Assembly (NCBI GenBank): GCA_965242965.1
Contig: OZ251518.1
Span: 3,456,001-3,520,000, forward strand
Direction: 5' to 3'
DNA from: Candidatus Poribacteria bacterium
Lineage (GTDB): Bacteria; Poribacteria; WGA-4E; WGA-3G
Length of the DNA: 64,000 nucleotides
In this document: positions 60,269 to 64,000 of the stretch, one piece after another
Position numbering within the stretch: position 1 is the stretch's first letter
How the letters are laid out: each line of letters begins with the position of its first letter
The notes under the pieces: generated by a model
What the model was told of the DNA's origin: nothing
Seen by the model: the letters and a program-made list of their open reading frames with translations, nothing else
Databases searched by the model: none
Program-made: the position numbers and the translations under genes

Positions 60269-61599
60269 ACGTCCTTCGCGAGATTTCACTTTCTGAATAC
60301 GGAAAAGCGTCAAGCACGCCTTCCCCGATAAATCGGTTGATGACAGATTTCGCTGTTGATTTTCGGGATGGATGGGACATCAACCTCGGCGCGGGCTATG
60401 TCAACGAAAACACTATTCCGCGCGAACAGATTCTGCATGCGTGTGGAGAAGTGCTCGCGCGTCCCGAAAAGTATCGCGCCGCGCTCAATTACGGCGGCGC
60501 GCAAGGTTCGCCGAACCTGATTGCGTCCCTCCGCCGGTTTTACGTTGAGAACCGCATCGGCGGCATGACAGAACAAACCTTCCGCACGCGAGATATTCTC
60601 ATCGGCGCGAACGGCGCGACGAGTCTGTTGGAAGGCATCACGCAACTGCTACCGGCAGGTATCGTTCTCACTGCCGAACCGATGTATTATATTTACTGCA
60701 ATGACTTGGGTAGAAAGGGCTTCCGCGTTATCGCCATCCCTGAAGATGACGAAGGACTTCAGACAGAACTACTGAAGGCGAAGTTAAAGCGGTTGGGACG
60801 CGAGAAGGATGCGATTCGCTTTGTCTATGTCGTAACGGTGAACAACCCGACGAGCACCATCATGTCCAATCGCCGCATGCGGGAATTGGTGGAGATTGTT
60901 ACGCGGTTGTCTCACGAAATCGGCAGGAAAATCCCGCTCTTTTTTGATAATGCGTATCGCGATTTAGTGCATGATTCGTCTGTGGAGCCGATAGTTTCTC
61001 CGATGCTTGATGATACCCTCGGCATCGTCTATGAAATCGGCACGTTGTCCAAGATTCTCGCGCCGGGGATGCGTATCGGCTATCTTATCGGGCCGAAAGG
61101 TGATTTTTTCAACGGCATGGTGCAGCGGACTACAGATATTGGGTTTAGCGCGCCGTTAATCAACCAAGAAATCGCCAGTTACTTGCTTGACAACGGCATT
61201 GAAATGCAAATAACGAAGGTGAATGGCGCGTACCGACAGAAGGCGACACAGGTGAAAGCGTGGATAGCAGCACTGCTCGGCGATGAGATTGCGGCGTGCA
61301 GCGGCGGGAGCGCGGGGTTCTATTTCTATCTGACACTTTCACGTGTTGAGACAGGCGCGGGGAGTGACTGTTTCAAGTTTTTGACGCGGACTACCGGGGA
61401 TGCCGAGATAGATGGCACGGTAAGTGCCCCGCAGCCAAAGGTGATTTACATTCCGGGTGAGCACTGCGTCCATCCTGAAGGCGATATGGTTGAGGTTGGC
61501 AAGCGGCAGTTGCGTATCTCTTACGGGTTTGAGGAGCTCCCGCAGCTTCACACGGCGTTGAAGCTGATGAAAGCTGCGATAGATTTTAGTTCCCGGTAG
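60265..61599 (+). CDS. PLP-dependent aminotransferase, class I/II (MocR/ARO8-like)
   Basis: LNYGGAQG, NNPT, DNAY, GTLSKILAPGMRIGY, LRISYG. Confidence 0.88.
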   Translation: MNVLREISLSEYGKASSTPSPINRLMTDFAVDFRDGWDINLGAGYVNENTIPREQILHACGEVLARPEKYRAALNYGGAQGSPNLIASLRRFYVENRIGGMTEQTFRTRDILIGANGATSLLEGITQLLPAGIVLTAEPMYYIYCNDLGRKGFRVIAIPEDDEGLQTELLKAKLKRLGREKDAIRFVYVVTVNNPTSTIMSNRRMRELVEIVTRLSHEIGRKIPLFFDNAYRDLVHDSSVEPIVSPMLDDTLGIVYEIGTLSKILAPGMRIGYLIGPKGDFFNGMVQRTTDIGFSAPLINQEIASYLLDNGIEMQITKVNGAYRQKATQVKAWIAALLGDEIAACSGGSAGFYFYLTLSRVETGAGSDCFKFLTRTTGDAEIDGTVSAPQPKVIYIPGEHCVHPEGDMVEVGKRQLRISYGFEELPQLHTALKLMKAAIDFSSR

Positions 61600-61638
61600 G
61601 CGCGCTTTGCAAGCGCGCCTATTGATGCTTTGGGGAAC

Positions 61639-62457
61639 CTAGGCCGATTTGACAAATCCGATGAGCGTCTGCACCAGCCATTCTGTATCTGGGAATTCCT
61701 CAAACGTCTTATGCAGCATCGCGAATTCAAGTTCCGCGAGGTAGCGTGCCTCTTCCTGCGCGTTTATCTCCTGTCTCCATTGCTTGAGAGCCGTGCGTTT
61801 ACCCCCTGTTTCAATGTCGTGCATGCAAGCCGCAATAAGGTGGCTGTGCGTCTCCGCGGCTTTCATGAATTCCGAAGGATTTCCATTGAAATTTGCGCGT
61901 ACGTCATCGTCAAGATGGCACCATTCTGTCATCCCTGCAAGCGCGAAAATCTGAAGTTCCTGGCGGTTCCGGTGAAGTGCATGTTGCCACGGTGCCAGTT
62001 CGTTGCGGAGATGCTGGATGTCATCACGCGTTTTTACGGTGATGTTGAGATTTCCGTTAGTCCTCTCAATACCCTTACGGCCCGGATGGTGCCGGAAGAG
62101 TGTCAATTTGAGCCCGGTGATGGTAGTCGCGAGTAGCACGTCTGGGTAAAGACGATGCGCGGGAACGATGTGCGCTTCGACATGTCTGCGGAGGGATTTT
62201 TCAATGTGCGCGAGCATTGCTAGCGTGTCGCCTTCATAGTCCCACTCCTCAAGTTCATCGATGGCAGCGGGTTCAACGCCGAGGAGTTTGGCAAATTCCG
62301 ATTGCGTCAGCCCAGTGGAGGTGCGTAAATTGTAGATATGTTCGGCAATCTTTAATTTAATCTCTTCACTAAGCGGCCCTTCTATTTTGGGGTGTCGCCC
62401 TAAATAAAACTGAGATATGGACGCAACCCCAGATGTGATTCTGCTTTGTTCACTCAT
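61639..62457 (-). CDS. XRE-family HTH protein with an uncharacterised C-terminal domain
   Basis: IYNLRTSTGLTQSEFAKLLGV...IDELE. ATG at 62457 with AGGAG RBS. Confidence 0.75.
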   Translation of the reverse strand: MSEQSRITSGVASISQFYLGRHPKIEGPLSEEIKLKIAEHIYNLRTSTGLTQSEFAKLLGVEPAAIDELEEWDYEGDTLAMLAHIEKSLRRHVEAHIVPAHRLYPDVLLATTITGLKLTLFRHHPGRKGIERTNGNLNITVKTRDDIQHLRNELAPWQHALHRNRQELQIFALAGMTEWCHLDDDVRANFNGNPSEFMKAAETHSHLIAACMHDIETGGKRTALKQWRQEINAQEEARYLAELEFAMLHKTFEEFPDTEWLVQTLIGFVKSA

Positions 62458-62583
62458 TGGTGCTCTCCTGTGTGTGAGTGCCCGGGTCTTGCTCAAAATT
62501 GCGTTTGTTGCGGAGCGCGCGTTGGATTTCATTTTCGGGTGCGGCGGCACTCTTTTTGATGATGCCATGATCTCCATACATCC

Positions 62584-62928
62584 CGGTAGGAGAGACCTCC
62601 CGGTCTCGATGCCGCGGTGGGCTTATTTTCTCGTGCAGGCGTGCCTTATCTTGACCTGTTCGGGTGCAGGCGCACCCGAACTATAGGGCTTGGGTGCGCG
62701 CCGCCTGTAGTTCAGGAGCGCCTGCTCCTGAATTGGTTGTGCTAGGCGATTGCAAACGACAGCGGGTGTCTCAATGTTTTCCCGATACGAAAAATCGAGA
62801 CCGGGAGGTCTCTCCTACGGGGACATCGCTTGCATCGAGATCAGGAGGTCTCTCCTACAAGGACATCGCTTGCTCGGTATTCACCCCCAATCGGGATAAA
62901 TACCGAAACGGATTTATGAAACACCCTC
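62584..62928. mobile_element. REP cluster ending in a family-E right TIR
   Basis: GTAG hairpins, ending ATACCGAAACGGATTTATGAAACACCCTC. Confidence 0.75.
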
Positions 62929-63007
62929 ATTTTAGTCCCCGGTAGGCGCGCTTTGCAAGCGAGCCTACCGGGCCGGGGGAGGTTTTCAAGGATACGCGGA
63001 TTGGAGG

Positions 63008-63466
63008 CTAGAGAATCTCGACAACAGCTCCTAGAACTTCCAAGCGTTCCTTTATTTCCGCAGCGGCTTCGCGACTGATTCCCTCTTGGATAATGACAGG
63101 GGCAGATTCAACCTTTTCCTTTGCTTCCTTCAGGGATAATCCGGTAATGTCACTAACGACGACAATCACGTCCGCCTTTTGATGGGATTTGCCTAAACTT
63201 TCTAGGGTAACCCCATATCCTTCGCGAGAGATCTCCTCTCTTTGGACGGTAGGACCTGTCGTTTCTCCTACGATAGGATCCCTCCTTTCTTCAGCATCCT
63301 TTTTTTCACTCGGGTGCTGCTGAAGTTTGTCCAAGCTTTGCGCAATTCTCCGAAGATCTTCCGCGATGCTCTTCAGATGCACCCGCATCCCATAGAGGCT
63401 GCTGACGATGAGGATAACGATAATGATATGGATAAGGACGGCGATGAGATAGACTACTTCAACCAT
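63008..63466 (-). CDS. Membrane protein with a ribosomal L7/L12 C-terminal-like domain
   Basis: N-terminal TM helix, then ITGLSLKEAKEKVESAP...GISREAAAEIKERLEVLGAVVEI. Confidence 0.8.
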   Translation of the reverse strand: MVEVVYLIAVLIHIIIVILIVSSLYGMRVHLKSIAEDLRRIAQSLDKLQQHPSEKKDAEERRDPIVGETTGPTVQREEISREGYGVTLESLGKSHQKADVIVVVSDITGLSLKEAKEKVESAPVIIQEGISREAAAEIKERLEVLGAVVEIL

Positions 63467-63674
63467 TGCAATTTGCCTCCTTTCGTTGGGCTGCGAAACC
63501 GAGGGCGGCCCGAATACCTTCCTCAGTTAAGCGCGGATGCGCCTCAAGCAGCTGCTCGAACGTTTCGCCGGCTGATAACTTCTCCAAAATTAATTCAACC
63601 GTAAGTCGCGTGCCGGCGATAACCGGCTTCCCCATCATGATTGAGGGGTTGGATTGTATCAATTGAGTTGTCAT
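63459..63674 (-). CDS. DUF433 protein
   Basis: NPSIMMGKPVIAGTRLTVELILEKL...HPRLTEEGIRAAL. Confidence 0.9.
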   Translation of the reverse strand: MTTQLIQSNPSIMMGKPVIAGTRLTVELILEKLSAGETFEQLLEAHPRLTEEGIRAALGFAAQRKEANCNG

Positions 63675-63712
63675 GTTCAGACCTCGGGTTTTTGATTTGG
63701 TGTTGTGAGGTG

Positions 63713-64000
63713 CTACCACCGCACCTGACAAAACTCTTCATAATCAATAAGTTTGTCAATCGTCGGATTTGCGCCGCACATCGGACAATTCTCATCGTGA
63801 CGGAGTTTCAATCGCTTGAAATCCATCGTCAGCGCGTTGAAAAGCAGCAGACTGCCGATGAGCGGTTCACCGATGTTGAGCAGCACCTTAATCGCTTCAA
63901 CGGCTTGAATCGTGCCGATGATGCCGGGCAACACGCCGAAAACCCCTGCCTCTTGGCAGCTCGGCACCATCCCCGGCGGCGGGGGTTCCGGATAAAGGCA
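63713..64000 (-). CDS. moeB: MoeB/ThiF-family adenylyltransferase, C-terminal part (5' truncated)
   Basis: CLYPEPPPPGMVPSCQEAGVFGVLPGIIGTIQAVEAIK...CPMCG. Confidence 0.85.
   Translation of the reverse strand, partial: CLYPEPPPPGMVPSCQEAGVFGVLPGIIGTIQAVEAIKVLLNIGEPLIGSLLLFNALTMDFKRLKLRHDENCPMCGANPTIDKLIDYEEFCQVRW

Larger units (their letters stand above)
61583..62967. repeat. 39-bp direct repeats at 61583-61621 and 62929-62967 flanking the HTH gene
   Basis: ATTTTAGT(T/C)CCCGGTAGGCGCGCTTTGCAAGCG(C/A)GCCTA, 2 mismatches. Confidence 0.85.

Noticed and set aside
63008-63466. rplL (true ribosomal L7/L12)
   Set aside because: It has a TM helix instead of the dimerisation domain and is not next to rplJ/rpoB.

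Overview
64-kb chromosomal window from a high-GC bacterium. Repeat style and gene content suggest Candidatus Poribacteria or a relative (inference, not verified). It spans the replication origin: rpmH (44 aa, missed by the ORF track) diverges from dnaA-oriC-recF-dciA-gyrB-gyrA, with no dnaN. Other recognisable genes: hisC, ispH, guaA, rplU, rpmA, an RNase E/G, dprA, a PorX/PorY-like two-component pair, an ECF sigma/anti-sigma pair with a 1571-aa TPR protein, a GH2, a sulfatase, a helicase-less Type ISP-like RM enzyme, DUF433/PIN toxin-antitoxin genes and a partial moeB. The most unusual content is non-coding. (1) A ~410-nt, extensively base-paired RNA lies between a consensus sigma70 promoter and an Ig-like lipoprotein gene. 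(2) At least five nested repeat families fill most intergenic gaps: GTAG-REP hairpins, a TIR element with 8-bp target duplications that carries variable REP cargo, two fold-back families built from 9-nt units, and an operon-internal MITE. Several copies sit in-frame in genes (hisC, gyrB, a TPR gene) or supply start/stop codons. No transposase for these elements is in the window. All calls were made by eye, without database searches.
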